Shown: positions 36,206 through 51,300 of the stretch, piece after piece
Numbering within the stretch: the stretch's first letter is position 1
Layout of the letters: each line of letters begins with the position of its first letter
Assembly (NCBI GenBank): GCA_036172245.1
Contig: JAYWIR010000041.1
Coordinates: 1,302,001 to 1,366,000, forward strand
Length of the DNA stretch: 64,000 bases
Direction: 5' to 3'
DNA from: Raillietiella orientalis
Lineage: Eukaryota
Translations under genes and position numbers: made by a program
Notes under the pieces: generated by a model
What the model saw: the letters and a program-made list of their open reading frames with translations, nothing else
The model's database searches: none
Told to the model about the DNA's origin: nothing

Positions 36206-39200
36206 TGGCCAGCTTTCAGCATCCACCTAGCACGAAACCCATACCTGATACTACATTCATCGCTAGCACTAAAGCCATACCCAGCACTGAATTCATACCT
36301 AATACGGTTTTGGCAGGATCACACCTTCTCAGGGTCCAAAGAATTTAGATGCCACATACGCTTCCAGCTGCTGCGACAGTGATATGGACACACACATCTA
36401 ATTTCGTGAAGGATTCCATAATTCCGAAGCCTCGCAGATTCTGATTACACCGTATCGAACATTTTTCCTTCACAGGCATCTTCTGATGCTGAAAATGGGT
36501 ACTCCCCGCGCCCTGTGCCTCGGAAGAATTGATCGCAATTCTGAGAACACGTTGGTCGTAATCGCGAAAGCGTTCTCAGGATGGAATTGCAATGAGAATC
36601 AAGGAATTGGTGAATGATGGAGAGAAAATCTCAAACCACGCTCGTGACCAACCACTTTGCCTTCTCTTTCAGGTAGAACCGTTCTAAATAAATCTCTGGA
36701 CTCAAATAAGCTGATGCCTAAAAAAAGAAGAGACCCCCTATGATTGGTTTCGCTTTCAATTTGCTCGGATCTGTTTCCTTTCTCGAATAATGAGGAAAAG
36801 TTGGTTAGGAATACTTGAGGGCCGCCCAAAAAGATTTAATGCTAAAATAAAATTGGAAGGTTAGTAAATCCCAATAAATCCCAACCAAAAATAGCATCAT
36901 GACCGTTACTAACGATGGGTAGGAAGTTCTGTTATAGAGAGTTTTAGATTAGGAAATAGTAAAGAAGGCAACATGCGTTGTTTTCGTATGTTTGAGGAAT
37001 ACACGCCTAATCCTACCTAAATTGGAAGTGATGCCGAAATGACCCGAACCTGTCGGAATGAAACTTTCGTGTGCGTCCCTGAAAGCACACTAGAAAGGAA
37101 GCGTCTCCCAAACACTACTGAGAAGGGATGCATTCCTATGCAAGCTCACCTTCTGGCTTTCCTCCGAAGTGAATAGAAGAAAAATCACTTGGTAAGCTTT
37201 CCAGCTTCGTGGTTGGCATCTGAAGGCCTGAAAGTGGCACTCTTCGGTTCATGTTGCGAAAATGTTGATGCTCTCCCAAAACTGAAAACTGACCCGAGCT
37301 GATGATTGGACTACTGTTCATTCCGCAGCGACCATCACCATAAGTACTGTTCATCTGAAAAATATTGGTGACGATCCTAAAGAGGTCCAGCTAGAGATTT
37401 TCGGATGACTTCAGGTATGCCTCTTCCCCTGCAAGATAAAAAAAATCAGGAGGAAAACGATCTCCTGCGTCTTTACTCGTTGAAGCGAAACCGACTAAGC
37501 GTATGAGATTACCTTCAGTCGTACGCCCTCGTTTTGGCTCAAGATGAAATTTGGACACGGAATCAATCTGAACTGTTTCGTGCTCTTCATTCTCGTTTAA
37601 CGATCCTTCGCAATCGTTAAAGGTCCATGAGTGAGGGATGGTGGCCGATGCGAGCCTTGCAGAAGAAATCTGAGCAAAAGAGAGACGCAAAATTTGCGCT
37701 GTCGAAATCGATTCCTGTCTTTATGAATATGATATCAGCATGGGTGGGAATTCTGCCATCGGAAAGGGCATCTCTTGTCAAAAATTAACCCCACCGAATT
37801 GGATTGGGAACGGTCGGATCCTCTTTGCTTCCTCTTGCTTCGGATCGCAGGAAAAAAAGCTGCCGCTAAAATGGATCACCTGGTCCAGGGAGATGAGACG
37901 CGAAGTCAGAATATATGGAATTTCAGAAGAAGTCAGCTGTACAGGATCCATCCATTCCAACATTTCTCTTCGGATTCACAATCTGCTCGATGCATGCAGA
38001 GGTCCTTCCTCACTTTGTATTCAGACCGTTTGGCATTTACATATCAACGGATAAGTCCATGACACCTTACATAACTCTTTGCTCTCGTCTGTGATCTTTC
38101 AATGGACGTTTATCGCAAGCTCGCCACAGTTCTTATTCATGGATTCCGCTCTTTGAGGGTGCTTTCCACGCACGGCAATAAGGAATTCAAGGGACGGGAT
38201 TTGAGAAAATTTCCAAGTGCGGAATCCGTTTCCTTGAACCATGGGCTCGCTTGTTTTCAGGCACCTCTTTGATCTCTTAGAGAAACATCTTTTTTTCCTC
38301 CCGCCAACCATCGATTAGAGCACTGTTCTAATTCTTGCTAAACGGAAAAATTCCGCGCACCGTTCAGACTGAAAACGAAAAAAAAAGCACAATGCTTTTT
38401 CTCCATCGAAGAAAAAGGTACGTCGTTCGTCGGGCGACGAAAATTTAATAAGAGTGCAATTCAGAGAGGGAGAAATAGCAGGTTCGATCCGATCCAAAGT
38501 GAAGGACAATGCAATTCCTCCACGAGCTCGCGTATCCCACGCTGGAAAGGGGCGAAAGTGCGCATCTCAGATCGCTTTTGAAACGCAGCCGATTGCTGCT
38601 TTGTTTTCTCGGGAGTTACACGGGCGAAGACGGAAGAATGGCATTTCCTCTCAAACTTTCGAGAACGTCGGGACGTGCTCTGCCCGAAATTGCCCCGAGC
38701 CTGAGTTTTGGAGATCATCAATCCGCGCTCCCTGAACTTGTCTCATGCCCAGTACGGGTTCGAGGAAACACCTCTGGCGTTGCATCGACACCAACTTGGA
38801 GAAATAACCTCGGTAACCTTGCGGCCCGCGGTCCCAGAAGAACTTCCTAGAACACCGTAGAGAAATCAGTCTGCAATGAAGTTCTTATGGGGTGTAATTT
38901 TGATCTTCCCATCGTCCTCACGGTCCGCTTCGCTTTCAACTTGTGCCAACAAAAAAAAAAAAAAAAGCCTGGGAAAGGACTTCCCGACTGGACATCTTAG
39001 CTCGGATCTCGGACGCCTTTGAGTTCGACATTCTCTAAGCTGGTCTCTTGCTGCAAACTCATTCATGCTGTTGCGGTGAGGTATAAGGATGCTCGCTTTA
39101 TTGCGGCTGCTGTAAGATTCCCAGATAATTCGGAAATCCACCAAATATTGTAGCAGAGGTTTCTAAATTTTCCATGACGCGAGCCTTGTTCTGCTGCTTG

Positions 39201-42200
39201 AGGAAAATTTTCGATCAGTCTCGGAGGAATGGTTTCCCTTGGATAGCTGTTGCACCTCCTTCAGAGGTTCTTCATGGCCTTCTCTTGAATCTCCCATTTT
39301 CTGCAAAATTGAAGCGTTTGCAATGCTACTTTTCTGATAAAAATCTCACCTAAATAGGCAGGGGAAAAAATAACCTTTTTTTTTTTTTTGTTTTTTGTTT
39401 TCAAACTTGCACCAATAGTTTCTCTGCTCAAGTACGACCGGTCATCATCATCCAAAGACAGTGATTGATTATTTTAATGAGTTGGGTGTTCGGCAATCCA
39501 TACGCTTACGTAATGATGATGATTAGAACGAAAATGCAGCGGTCAGTGACCATTTTCATAGGAAAATTTAAAAACAGCTCACTGCCTCTGCTGCCTTCCT
39601 CCCATACAATGAGTATTGAAAGCGCCATCTGCTTCGAATCATCATTGGAAATCAAGAAACAAATCTCCCTTATCAAGACATCTCTGTTTTCCGAAGCTTC
39701 ACATTCCTGGAAAAAAAAAACTTCCACTTTGTGGATCTGGGAGCGATCAAGCTCTCCCCTCCGAACAGTGGCACTCTCCAGGACCCGGGAATTCTTACCA
39801 GTTCAACGAGGAAAACATTACATTGTGGCAATCTGCAGTTCAACCCACACTGCAGTTGACGAAAAGCAGAAAGTTCCCACTTGGGCATCCCAGTCTGCAG
39901 CTCCTGGAAACTTGAGAGCTCTACACGAAATTTTGGAATGAGAACACTCGCAGCTGTGTTTATTCCATCCAACCTGTTATGAATACGGGAACTGGGAATG
40001 GAAGGGAAATAAAATAGGAGAAAGCAATTTCGAGAGAAGCGACAAAGTGATGGATCGGCTTACAACTCGGGCACTTTGGAAATGTTAAATAAAGTCAACA
40101 AATCCTTCCGAGAAAGTATTCTTTCTTCCACTTGCTGGAGAGACAATCGATGGAAGGGGCAAATCTTAATATAGAAACGGTGATGGGCAATCATGAAAAT
40201 TAGGGTGTTGGTTCCTTCTGATCCATAACCTACTGCATCACGAAAACATCAAAATGATTTCTCCATCACGCAGGAAGCTGCGCGCTCTCCCTGTTTGCGA
40301 GAGTTGGTTGCCAAAGTTTTTCTGTGAGAAAGAAACGAAGAGAGTATCTTCATTTTATTTTATTTTTTTTTCCCATGATTAATATCCAAGGAGAGACAGT
40401 TAATCAATTAGATCCAACGATCAGACCGACTCTTTCTGAGTTCATCTCTGCGTTCTGTGTATTTTTAATTGCATTTCTTGGCGAGCGGTGTGTATAGTTT
40501 CTCTAATAACCGAATACAATAAATTTCGTGGTGTCATTAACTGTGGATTGCGTGTTCAGAAAAATTCCTCTTCGTTTCACGAATAACACTGAGTAAAGCA
40601 ACTCATAATTTCGCCTCCCTTTTCCACCCAACTCCAGGGACAAGAAGCTCTTCGATTACTGCTAAATAATTGCTGGGTGTTCGAGCGTGTGCATACGTGT
40701 TGAGCTTCCTTGCATTCTCGGGAACGATACAAACGAGGCTCCCGGTCCAATGAGTCGATTCTATAAAAATTATGGCATCGGCAGTAATTTCAAAGCAAGT
40801 GTCGTGACAACTGCCCGCTCCTTCCAGCAGCTCCAACTTTCGCTTTTGACAACTGATGAGGCTTCGCTGCTGCTGCTGCTGCTCTTGGCTTCCAGAATGT
40901 GTTCCAACACTCTTCCGCAGGTAGGATCCGCAGCCACCCCAGCACGTCGCTGGAAGATTGGGGAGAGTCCATCCCCCGTTGTTACATTGATTTCACTGCA
41001 CCGCGTCTGTTACCATAGCGTCACGTGCAGATGTTAAAGGCTGCGAATTCCTGTGCGTCAAAGGACCACGTCCAGAGTCTCGGCTCTGATCGAAACTCCG
41101 CAGCTGCCGGATAGAGCGGGAAGTGGTCGCAATCTGGGATGAATGCTTTGAATCGGCTGTTTTAAAAAAGAAAAAACAAACAAAAAAAAGATTAAAAGTT
41201 GCTCACTTACAATGGACTGATGTGAAATTCCAGCTGTCTCTCTCCTTCGGTTTGAACTTCACACCAAGGAATTCGCGACGTCTGTGTTTAGGTGTTTTGG
41301 GTCGCGACGAAACAGCAAATTTGTTGCTGCTTCGGTTGTGAGGTGCTGTTGCGTGGCATGCAACGGAGGGATAGGCCTGCTTTCAGGAAACTCCCGACTT
41401 GCATCTGCCTGCATGTGTTGCATATTCGCATCATTTCTCCATCTGATAAGCCTTTCACGTAAGAGTGTTGGAACACAGGCGATTTTATGAGGGAAGCAAC
41501 ATGAAACGTTGGATCCTCATAGAACTTCCATCGACTCCCCATATTGCCCTTAAACTTGGGAAACTTGGTCTTGGTAGGGATCGTTGAAGATCTAAGGGAC
41601 TCTGAAATGGCTCTGAGAATCCATCCTGAAGCACTTTGTGACCCCAACCCGGACGTTCCTCCACTACTGGTTTCATCGCAGCCTATTCCTTCTAATAAAT
41701 AGAATTTCCATCATCAAAATTAAAAAGCTGTAAAATGAGCATCTGCATTTATTAGTGAATTATTTGTCATTCTATTCACTTCACCTGTTTAATTGATGCC
41801 ATTTGTCATTTACATAATGAACATTCACTTGTCACTACGATATCTTATCATCAGGGTTGCCAACGGCATGCTGCAATAAAGTCTGAATAAAAAGCACGAG
41901 TGCGCAATTCAAATGAAGCACTGACTATAAAGGAAAATTTTCTACTATTCTTTCAGTGCGCATGCAGGTGACATTCCCGCGAAAATAACAAATTCCCGTG
42001 CCGAACTATTCCCAAAATAAGCACACCGACTGGGAATCAGAATCTCATTTCTTTGAGGTTTCCCAAAAATCCTCTGGTTCGAGCTAAAAACCCCTCTGGA
42101 TAAGCCGCTTCTTTCGCCGTTGCTATTGTTCTTATTAATACTGCTACCACTATTGCTGTTGCTGCTGCTGTTGCAGAAATCGCGCAGCATAGTTTGCGGT

Positions 42201-44453
42201 CGGAAGTTCACCACTCGGTAGTCTTTTTGTCCACTGCAGCTTATCCATTACCTGGAATTTTCATCTTTGGCACCAATTCCAACAAACGAGGGTCATGGCA
42301 TCTCCCATCCGGGCGAGCCGACGGAATCCCGAGGAAACGGGCAGCTACTTTCCTGCATGGATCCGAACCCTTCCCTCCTCTCTTCGCGAGCATCTCAGCA
42401 CGGTGACAAACACCTTCCCACGGCTTCCCAGTTTTCACCCCCCAATCGAAATAAAAACATTCCGGCATCCAGCATTTCGCAGCAAATGTTGGGTGGGATC
42501 GGAGATTTTTCTTGGTGACACGCAAAGTGTTGATGGATTTTGCATTATCAGGCAGAAACGTATCAGTTCCGCTGTCGTTCCTATAACGAATGGGGGTTGA
42601 GTCCCCGATAGCTAGCATGCGTCACAACACCAATAAATCTTCGCCTCACTTCTGGAAAATTTCTTTGGCAACTGAGTATTCCTGGACTGCGACGCTGTCT
42701 CGAGGTTTCCTCCGCAATCTGTCGGGTCCAACAACGGGGTCGCTAAGTTTGATTAATTTGTTCTCCACGAGAAATTAGGAGTCGATGTCAAGTTTGCTCT
42801 GATCCTGGTAGCAGGCGAGAAATATTCATATTTGGTTAGGTAAACTCTCTTCTCCTCCCACCGCCATTTCTGCGTTCCACGTCCTTCTTTGCTGGGAGTA
42901 TTCCCTGTCCGGGCTGCGGCAGACATTCGATAGGATTCCGAAACATTCCTTTCCTGCTTTTACCATATGCTGATCGGCATGGCTTGTTAGCCGTTTCCCA
43001 CAGGAGAAACAGTAGGAGCGTCTGCGGCAGCCATTTGTTTCCATCTTCTGGAACAGCTGCATTGTTGCCTCACCACCCGGAACAGCAGCATCTCTCGCCC
43101 CGATGATCGATTGGTTTGGTAAGGCGTTTATCACGTGAAACTACGCGTTGCCATCGCTGTCAGATTCACGGACAGCCAGATGCAGGTTCCGGGAACGCGC
43201 GAGCGGCTCTTCTCGTCCTCGGAGGAGGAGGAGCTGGGAGGGGACTTGGGGAGCGTTTCGGGTTCCTCATGGCGTCCGGGTCTCTCTCCCTCCTCGGCGA
43301 TTGGCTACTGTTCCGCGAACGGGTCACGGCTGCTTCCTCTGAAAACGTGCCCCCTGAATCGCAGGAGCCAGCGGGACGGGAAAGCGCTTAGCAGACCACC
43401 AAGGCTCCGCTTGACCCTGCGACCCTGGGTGTTCTCGGAGTTCGGGAGCTTGAGAGCGCTCCGTGAGCTCCAGGTTCTACTGGCGCAGCTTATCCGATGA
43501 GCACCGAAGTCGGTCCGGAGTTTCCGGTAGACATTCTCCCTTCCACTTTTGCCCTTCTCCGTTGCTGAAAATGGACTCCGGATCCTTCTTCATCCCTGAA
43601 AATCATTCGCTCCCCGGAAAGCGCCTTACAACAAACGCCCCGGTGTGACAGGATGTGGAAACACCATGGATTTCCTGCTGCACTCGCGAAAGGTCACGTG
43701 CCTCCGTGTGAATTCGTCCAGCTGCTCGTCTCGCGTCGTAGGTGGTGTTAAGTGTCATCGCGAAGACTCACCGGTTCGAGGGAGCAGGCAAGTGTGTCAC
43801 AACGGCCGGAACACGTTCCCTTTCGTGCTCGCGATGGAACACGGGGGAAGACGAACAAGCGTACCTGCCATTACGCCTTCGCGATGCAGATAGCAACGGC
43901 AACCGTTTCTGTGATCTTTGCCCAACCTCCAGACTTTCATTTCTTGCGAAGCAGTAAGAATCCATCTCTTCATTCATCTCTTAATCCATCTCTTAAGTTA
44001 ATTTCTGATGTCCGATGTTCATCGTACTGGACCTTCCTCATTTCCTCAGAGACGGCAGCAAAAGCGAAAAGCGACTACGGAAGGCGATAAGAACTGAAGA
44101 AGAAAATGAAATCTGAAAATCAGACTTGTATCTGACTTTTGAAGATCCTTTTTTCTTTTTCTTTTTTTTTTCTTCTTCTCCGTTGCCTGCTGGTGATTCA
44201 TTCCCCTCGTGACAAGTTCTCTCCCTCAGGAACTCAGAGTTATCCGTGTGATCGCTTTCAGGTTATTGGAGACCAAAAGAATAAGATGGTTTTGACACAT
44301 CTGCAAATCCCGAGAATGTACGCAAAGCAGCGCCGTACATTGAGTGAACGGGGGATCACATAGAACAAAGGAGGACGGTTCTTTGCAGCTTCCATCTCCA
44401 TGTCGTGTCCATCCTCTTGTTCTGTTGTTCGTCATGGAGTCGCTACCAGAAAC

Positions 44454-44885
44454 CTGTTGATACCCGTTCCTCGTGGGTGTCGATGTTCTGAGCGATTTCT
44501 TCATCGGAGGGGTGTCGCCATCTGAGGGCCCAGTGAACGTCACTGCGATGTTTGGCTGGAGACGCGCCATTTTGACGAAGTGCGGCAGCGGCATTTCCGG
44601 CAGTCTCACCACGTCTTCACTTTGGCGCGTTGCAACTTGGGCGGTCACTCGAGCGCCCTTCGCTGACAGGGAGGCAGCGAGGTCGGTGCAGTTGGTCTCC
44701 GTTCCTTCTGGGACCCTTCCGAACCGAATGAAGCGTTGTGAAAGAGTGAATGGTGTCCGTAAGGTGGTGGTGGTGCCGCCTGCATCCAATGCATCCAATG
44801 GACGCACCGGCTCGAAGGCTTTTCCAGGAATCTCCAGCAGGCCCACAGGCCAGAAGGTCGAGTCGCCCGGTGAAGACCACTGATC
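44454..44885 (-). CDS. Candidate 432-nt coding exon, unknown protein
   Basis: Lies within the 251-codon open frame 44226..44981 and is GC-rich. Bounded by AG (44887-86) and GT (44453-52) in phase 0, but the splice consensus is weak and no domain is recognised. Confidence 0.2.
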
Positions 44886-47800
44886 CTTAAATGCACGCAG
44901 TTTCGCTAGTGGTGCAAACACATCTGGCCAACCGAGAGGACCCCACCCTGCATCGGTTAGGAGCAAACGAAAGGGATGCAACCGTTCTCACTCATGACAG
45001 GAAACACTCGCCGCTCGTGGACATTTGCTACAGAACAGCTCTCGACCAGCCACCTATCTTGTGTAGATTTTACGGTCCAGGAAGTGGAGGGGGCTGCATA
45101 AAAAGATCTCTCCCTTGCATTCTCTTATAAAATACTTCGAATAATGAAGGAATGGATGCTTCTGAGATAGAAATGTGCCCCCAAACCAATCATTTTTCGT
45201 TGGCTTCAAAAGCGTGCTGCAGCCTCTGGCGGACTGATGGCGGTTCGCTTCTGCTTCTTAGCAACTTTTCCCTTTCTGCCGCCGTTACTCTAACTTCTCC
45301 TGACTTTCCTTTTGCTCGGCATCCATGTTTCTCGCTCTCCCGCTCCTTGATCTTTCCGAATAAATTTTCCAGAAAAAGATAAGTGGTTATCAAGGATATC
45401 TTTAGGTGCCTGGTAAATTCTCACATGAATCTGTTCCTGAAAAAGAAAGCCACGGAGGAGAGAGCAGGTCTGATTGGACGCTCGCCTGCTTGTGGAAGTG
45501 GAGCTTCTCTGCTCGGCCCGGGCATGCTTGCTGCCACCTTCGAATCAAAGACATCATGAGGGTGAGCATTCGATTCTTTATGGCCCTATATGAGTGGGGC
45601 TAAGAATGATCCACTCATCTGCGCTTGTAGTCCACTTGGAGAGTCGCAGAAACCACTATGGCTGATGGTTCTTGCTCTTTAGGTACAGGGGTTGTTCGAT
45701 CTGAAGCTTCCAAATCGTCTCCCAGGAAGCCATTTTTCTGCTCTCCAGAGCCGAAAGCCCATCTTCGAGAATTATGGACTTTCCAGCCGGATTTCTCAAG
45801 CAAGCCGAGTGCAGCGCAAGAATAACTCATTCGACAGGAATTAATAAGATGTCTATATAATTGGAACATACGAACTGAATACGATGAAAAAAAATCGTCA
45901 GATGACTTTGTTTTATGACGTAACATCATCTTCTAGCATGCAAATACTGAAAACTAGCTGCTTTCCAGGATGAATTTCATTTCACTATAGTTTGTTTATC
46001 AATATTCTTCAAAGAGAGCAAGAGTTGGATTCTCAGTTTCTTACAAAAACATCCAAGTATAATTCCATTTTTTTTCCGGTTCTTCTTACTTACTTCCTCC
46101 TTCTCAATTCCTAAAAAAAAAGAAAAAGAAAAAGAAAAGAAACAGTTCATCTCTTCCTTTCTCGAAGACGCCAAAGTCAATCACCACCACTTTTCTGCAT
46201 GTGTTTTTTCTTTGTTTTTTTTGCAAAGGACGCTTCCCTGCTAGCATTTTGCTCAATCCACTCTATCCACTGTTTTGGGATGAATTCTATTTGGAATGAA
46301 TTTTTTCCTTGCGTGCACTGGGAACCACCAGACTGCTTCGCATACCAGCGGGCCCCGATCAGCAAAGAGAGAGAGACATCTTGCGTGCTTCGGGCTTGCC
46401 GACAAACATGCAGGTTATCTGGAGGTGCTAAAATGTACGGATGCTGTTTGTGCCGAATGGAGCTGAGGGGACTTTGGGAAGTCGGACGGAAAGCAGCGGA
46501 AGACTCGTCTGAAAGAGGCGTTCCATTTGCGTAGGCGAGTCGGCCTAAATTCGCATCCGTTTGCAGTACTGCCTGGAGAGCCGAGGTCGACGCCAGCCAT
46601 CGCCCGCCAGTTCGGCTCCATTTCCTGATGGTTCCTGTCGGATTCGTTTTTCCCTTAGAAACACCGCCACCCCTTAAAAACACCTTCTTCGGTTAGGTGG
46701 TGCAGTTTCTGGCCGCACTTGCATTCGGTTCCCGGTTTTGCAGGCGCACGTGCAGGCATCCCTTCGAGTTAAACAGAAGTTCCCTTTCCTGAACGACTTC
46801 ATCATGTGATTCTGTTGCTTGAGTACACCGAGATTTATAACACGTGCTCCCGGATCTCCATCTATCGGAGTGGGACGCATCCTCTCACTTTCTCTCGGAA
46901 AGATTAAATTACACGCACGAGATTTTCGTCTTTACGTGCGGGGTCACCTGAGCGCTCCCTGAGGTACCGTCCTAATGCAACTGAAATGCAACAAAGAAAA
47001 AAAAAAAGGAAGCCTCAGATTATTCACGACAATAGTAAAGGAAACTGCAAGTAATAGTAACGGGAAGTAATAGGCGCGGGTGATGAGTGAATAGCTAAAC
47101 CAGATGCAGATGGGTTTTTGAATCCCGACTGCTGAATTCTGAAGTTTTCTGACCAACTCGAACAGTTATCTCAAGTGTCTGGTTCTGAATCTCAAAACTG
47201 CTTCAGGCGAGCTCACTGAGAAACAGCAGCTGTTACTTGGTAACAGCAATTAACCAGCGATTCATTGAAGAAAAGAAAATTCAAGAATGAACTGCTGAGG
47301 AAGCCAAAAAGGAAATGCTAAGAATTTTTCTTTCCAGTGATCCAATAATTCAGGTAGCTATTTGTAAACCCCAAGAGGGTCTAAAAGGGATTTGAACTCA
47401 CGCTGGATGCGTTGCAGGGGAATTGAACTTATCAGCAGCTGGATTTTCACCCGGTTTCGCCGGTGCGTTTATTTATTTGAAAGCATAAACAGTACAGAAG
47501 TAGTCGGGTCATTGGCTTTACCATGTCCAGACAGTCAAGAACTTGCGGAAAAGCCGGTGCTCAGACCGGCGAGGATAGCCTCGACAGCAGAGGAGAAGGG
47601 AGGGAATAAACGAAAAAAATAAAGACACTAACAAAGAAAATAACTTTGGGGGGGGCCCGAAAAGGGATCACAGCCTGCTGGGGACTGTCCTTTGCATCCT
47701 TCCCAGGATGCTGGCAAGTTCCTGCTGCACCTTCCTCAGGTGGAGCCATCTCGCTGCCCCTCGCAAAAAAAAAAAACGTAGGGCGAAGTGCATGGCATCC

Positions 47801-47989
47801 GTAGGGCGGCCTCCTCCTCTGGCCTCTCTCGGATCGCCACAATTCCACGTAGGCAGAAAAGAGCAGCTGGGGGTGCGGCTGGCGGCCATGCGTCGCGCAC
47901 GAAGAGGAGTTTCAGTGTGCCCCTGGGATTGCCGCATAAGGTCCGGAGGGTTGCAAGGAGTTCCCACAACGGTCTCAGGGCGAAGCAGT

Positions 47990-48300
47990 CCATTAACAGG
48001 TGCGGGAGGGATTCACGTTGCCCTCACTCGCTGCAGTTTGGGCCCAAACACCTGGGTCCACCCACACCCGGATCTAGTGATCTCGGCGGAATCACATGAT
48101 CTTAGTCCCAGCGCAACAGCAGAAGAGCCGACTCCTGCCACTTGAGAGGGAAGGTGCATTTGTTTAGTAGCGCTGGAGGCCACTCGAGATTCTCACGGGG
48201 AATTCCCAGCATCTCATCCCATGCAGTGCGGGGGCAACGCAGAGGACTCCACTGACCGCGAGTTCCCAGATGCAAGAACGAACTGGGTTCTCGGATCCGC
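47990..48300 (-). mobile_element. Possible LINE RNase H relic
   Basis: Minus-strand WELAVSGVL (cf. AELxAI) and IRVWVDPGVWAQTAASEGNV (cf. WVPGH...GNE). Degenerate. Confidence 0.3.
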
Positions 48301-51300
48301 TGCGAAATTTAACCGGAAGTACGGTCGGGATCACTTCCTGTGACGTCAGGGATCCTGTACACCTGATGGAAAGGAAACTCGCTGATTAAATAGAAATGCG
48401 CAAATAGTGAAGGAAACCAGCCGTGTCAGCTTCAGCACGGAGAGGTGAAGATGCGAACCTAAGCCGAACGCCACGGTTGCGTCAGAGAACATTCGGGAAG
48501 GCTGTTTGACCCGATGTGATGCTGCAAGGGAAAGCGGAATCCGAGATGAACCGACTTTTCAGAGCTGCTCCTAATGCATGACTCACTCCTCAACATCATA
48601 CATCAATTCCAGCATTGGAAAAACCACACGTCTATTAAGATCACTTCCATGTATTAGTTCTCGGGATTTACCCACCCCTCCGAGAAACGTCATTTTTCGC
48701 TTCCTACAACGTGGTGGATCCTCAGGGTCTTTGAAAAATTTGTGCTTTCTGATTCTGGAATTCATGAAGGTCGATTTTTCTTGCTGTCTTCCACATCAGA
48801 AAATCGATTTGTAATTTCAACTACAACAAAGTGAGAGGACGTAAGTCAGCGTCTCTGGAACTTTGGAGAAAAGAAATTGATTTAGGTGCTTCGAGGTGCT
48901 GTTCGTCAATCAGCAGAAGTCCTGATGTTCAGGAGTTGTTCTTTCTTGGTCTGGTGAGTACATGCCGACAGCCGACATCACCCTAATGTGAAAACCCAAA
49001 AGCGGCGACCTTCGAAGCGAACGAAAGGTCAGATTCACGAAAAGGCTCGCCGAGTTTCGCTCATTCGCCATGTTTACGTATTCACGTAGATGAATCAGAG
49101 AGAAGCACTGAGAGAAGTTTGGTCATAGCAAGGGCAGTTGTGACCAGTCCACTGCCGTTGGTTCGTGCCGCACATCTGGTTATCCTGTAGCCATCCATTC
49201 TACCGTGATTGTCTTCAGCACCTTCATTCGCTGTGAGCACAACTGCATCTCAGAATCTCACGTGCCCCTCCGAAAGCGAAGGGGGTGGAAAAGAGCGAGC
49301 GTCTCCAAAGGTTTTTCCATTTGATTGGAAGGCTCCGCTCTCCTTTGTCCACCCGTTCCTCCCTGCGTTTGTCAAGTCTTCTAACAAACCAGTTCGCCCG
49401 CTGTCCCTCCTACGTGCTTTGACCAAAATTCTCCACCAGCATTCATTGTTCCTCCAGAGTCCATTTTCGCCTTTTTCCTTTTTTTTTTTTGTTGAACGGA
49501 GACGCGCACACGAGGCTCTTTTCCCCTTGAGGGGTGAAAGCTAGCATTCCGGTATCCAGCATGCGAGTTTCGAGAAAGAAACGGCGGCAATCACAGAGAT
49601 GAGAACATTCAACTTGATTTTGCTGCTTCCAATCTCGCGGCAGTTCATTGCAAAGTCTGCAAAGGCCCGCGAGGGGTAGCCGCGCAGTTTGCCAGAAGTA
49701 TGTTTGCTCTCAGATGTTTCCAGATGAAGCACCACGTTGAGCACTGCATGGCGTTACCGCACGGAGGTGTTTCTCAGCGTGAGGTGCAAAAGATTAGAGA
49801 GAATTACCGGTTGGGGACAGAGCTTTGGATGTATCTTCCTTTTTTATCAATAATATTTAATTATTTCATCGTATATCACCTTTTAATGACTCCAATGGAC
49901 TTGTTTAGACAGCGGTTGATGAAATCCCAGCGCACATTACAGATCCGAGGGCAAAAAAGGGGAGCTAGCAAGAAGCCACTCTTATTAAAGGAAGGCGTAG
50001 ATGGCAGTTGTTTTGGGAAACGCAGCCTCACGGCATCCTGCCATCCTGACCAACCCAAATTTACGAGTCGTCGAAAGTGATTTTTCCACTGACGAAATTT
50101 CCAGGGGCGCCGATGATTGCAAGATGGAACCCTCATTTTCTACCTATGGAGCACCGGAGTATACAATCATCTGCGACAGTGTTTACCATGTCGTGAGACG
50201 TACACCCTACTTTGCCGTGTGCATGCTCAGCAGCCATTGAGGAGGGCAGCGAGTCGGTACCCACTTAATATAGGAAAAAGTCCTCGTCTACAGAACCCCT
50301 ATTGATAAAAATTATCGAAATTTGGAGGGAAGGCAGCAGCCAATGCAATGCAGGGATTGCAGTGCTGCTTCCGCGGGTTACTCTGCTCTGATACTCCCTG
50401 ATCCTCAACGATTTTCCCTTCAACAGAAAAAGCTGCGCACTTGCGCCGATTCCAAACGTACATAGAACATTCAGGAATGTGGGAGACTACCAGGCCTGCC
50501 AAAGTCTTGCTTTTTGCGTTAATCCATCACCACTCCAGGGACGGCATCAAAACGCAAAAAGTTGTCGTCGTCGGTTGGCATTTGCGTCTGTCCATGAGGT
50601 CCGAATGATCGTCAGAGACGAAAACGACGCTGCACTGGCTTGCTACCGAAATGGTAGGTCGTCTGCTTGTGACCCCATCACGAAGAGGAAGTCCTGCTCC
50701 TGGCTCGAACCAGAGCGCTCCCGAGATTCTCGACGATAAAAACAGCGCGCTGAGAAATCAGCCAAGTTTCGGAAAACTTTCTTTTCAGATGTTCCCGTCG
50801 AGCATGTCCTCGGTGTTTCCTTGGAGACGGGGTGGCTCCTTCGTTTCCATCTTCTTTTGTGCTGCTGGCTTCAGTCGTCACGATCTCTTGTTGCCGTTTC
50901 TATTTCTGTCCCGGCAGGAACTTACAGTGCAAGGGCCGTAATCCCCCATCAGCAGGCTTCCCGGATCGCGAGTACCCCGAATTCGTCTTCGACTCCGAGC
51001 GGGAAGGGTGGAAACGGTTCCTTAGGAAAATCATCGGCGTGCAAACGGGAGGGCACAATGGAATCGTACACCAGAGACCTGGGAAGCGTGCGTCGGCAAG
51101 GTCCCCCTGCTAACGAAAAGTGGAAACCTCATTCGGACACTTTGTTTAGCAAAAGTGTTCCAAAACGATCCCCCGTTTTGGCTACTGCTGTCAATAAGGA
51201 TGGTAAAACAGCTGCACCGTGTCACTGATCTTTCGCTTACGCTACCGGGCTAATCGAAGCTATTTCCAAGGCGTCAGGGCCGTAGCGAGAGATGAAGTCT

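Noticed and set aside
35783..36382. 199-aa ORF as a functional cox1 or novel protein
   Set aside because: Only ~20 codons are in the cox1 frame. The rest is an out-of-frame reading of the NUMT.
43959..43994. 12-bp tandem repeat x3 (AATCCATCTCTT)
   Set aside because: Ordinary short slippage duplication with no further structure.
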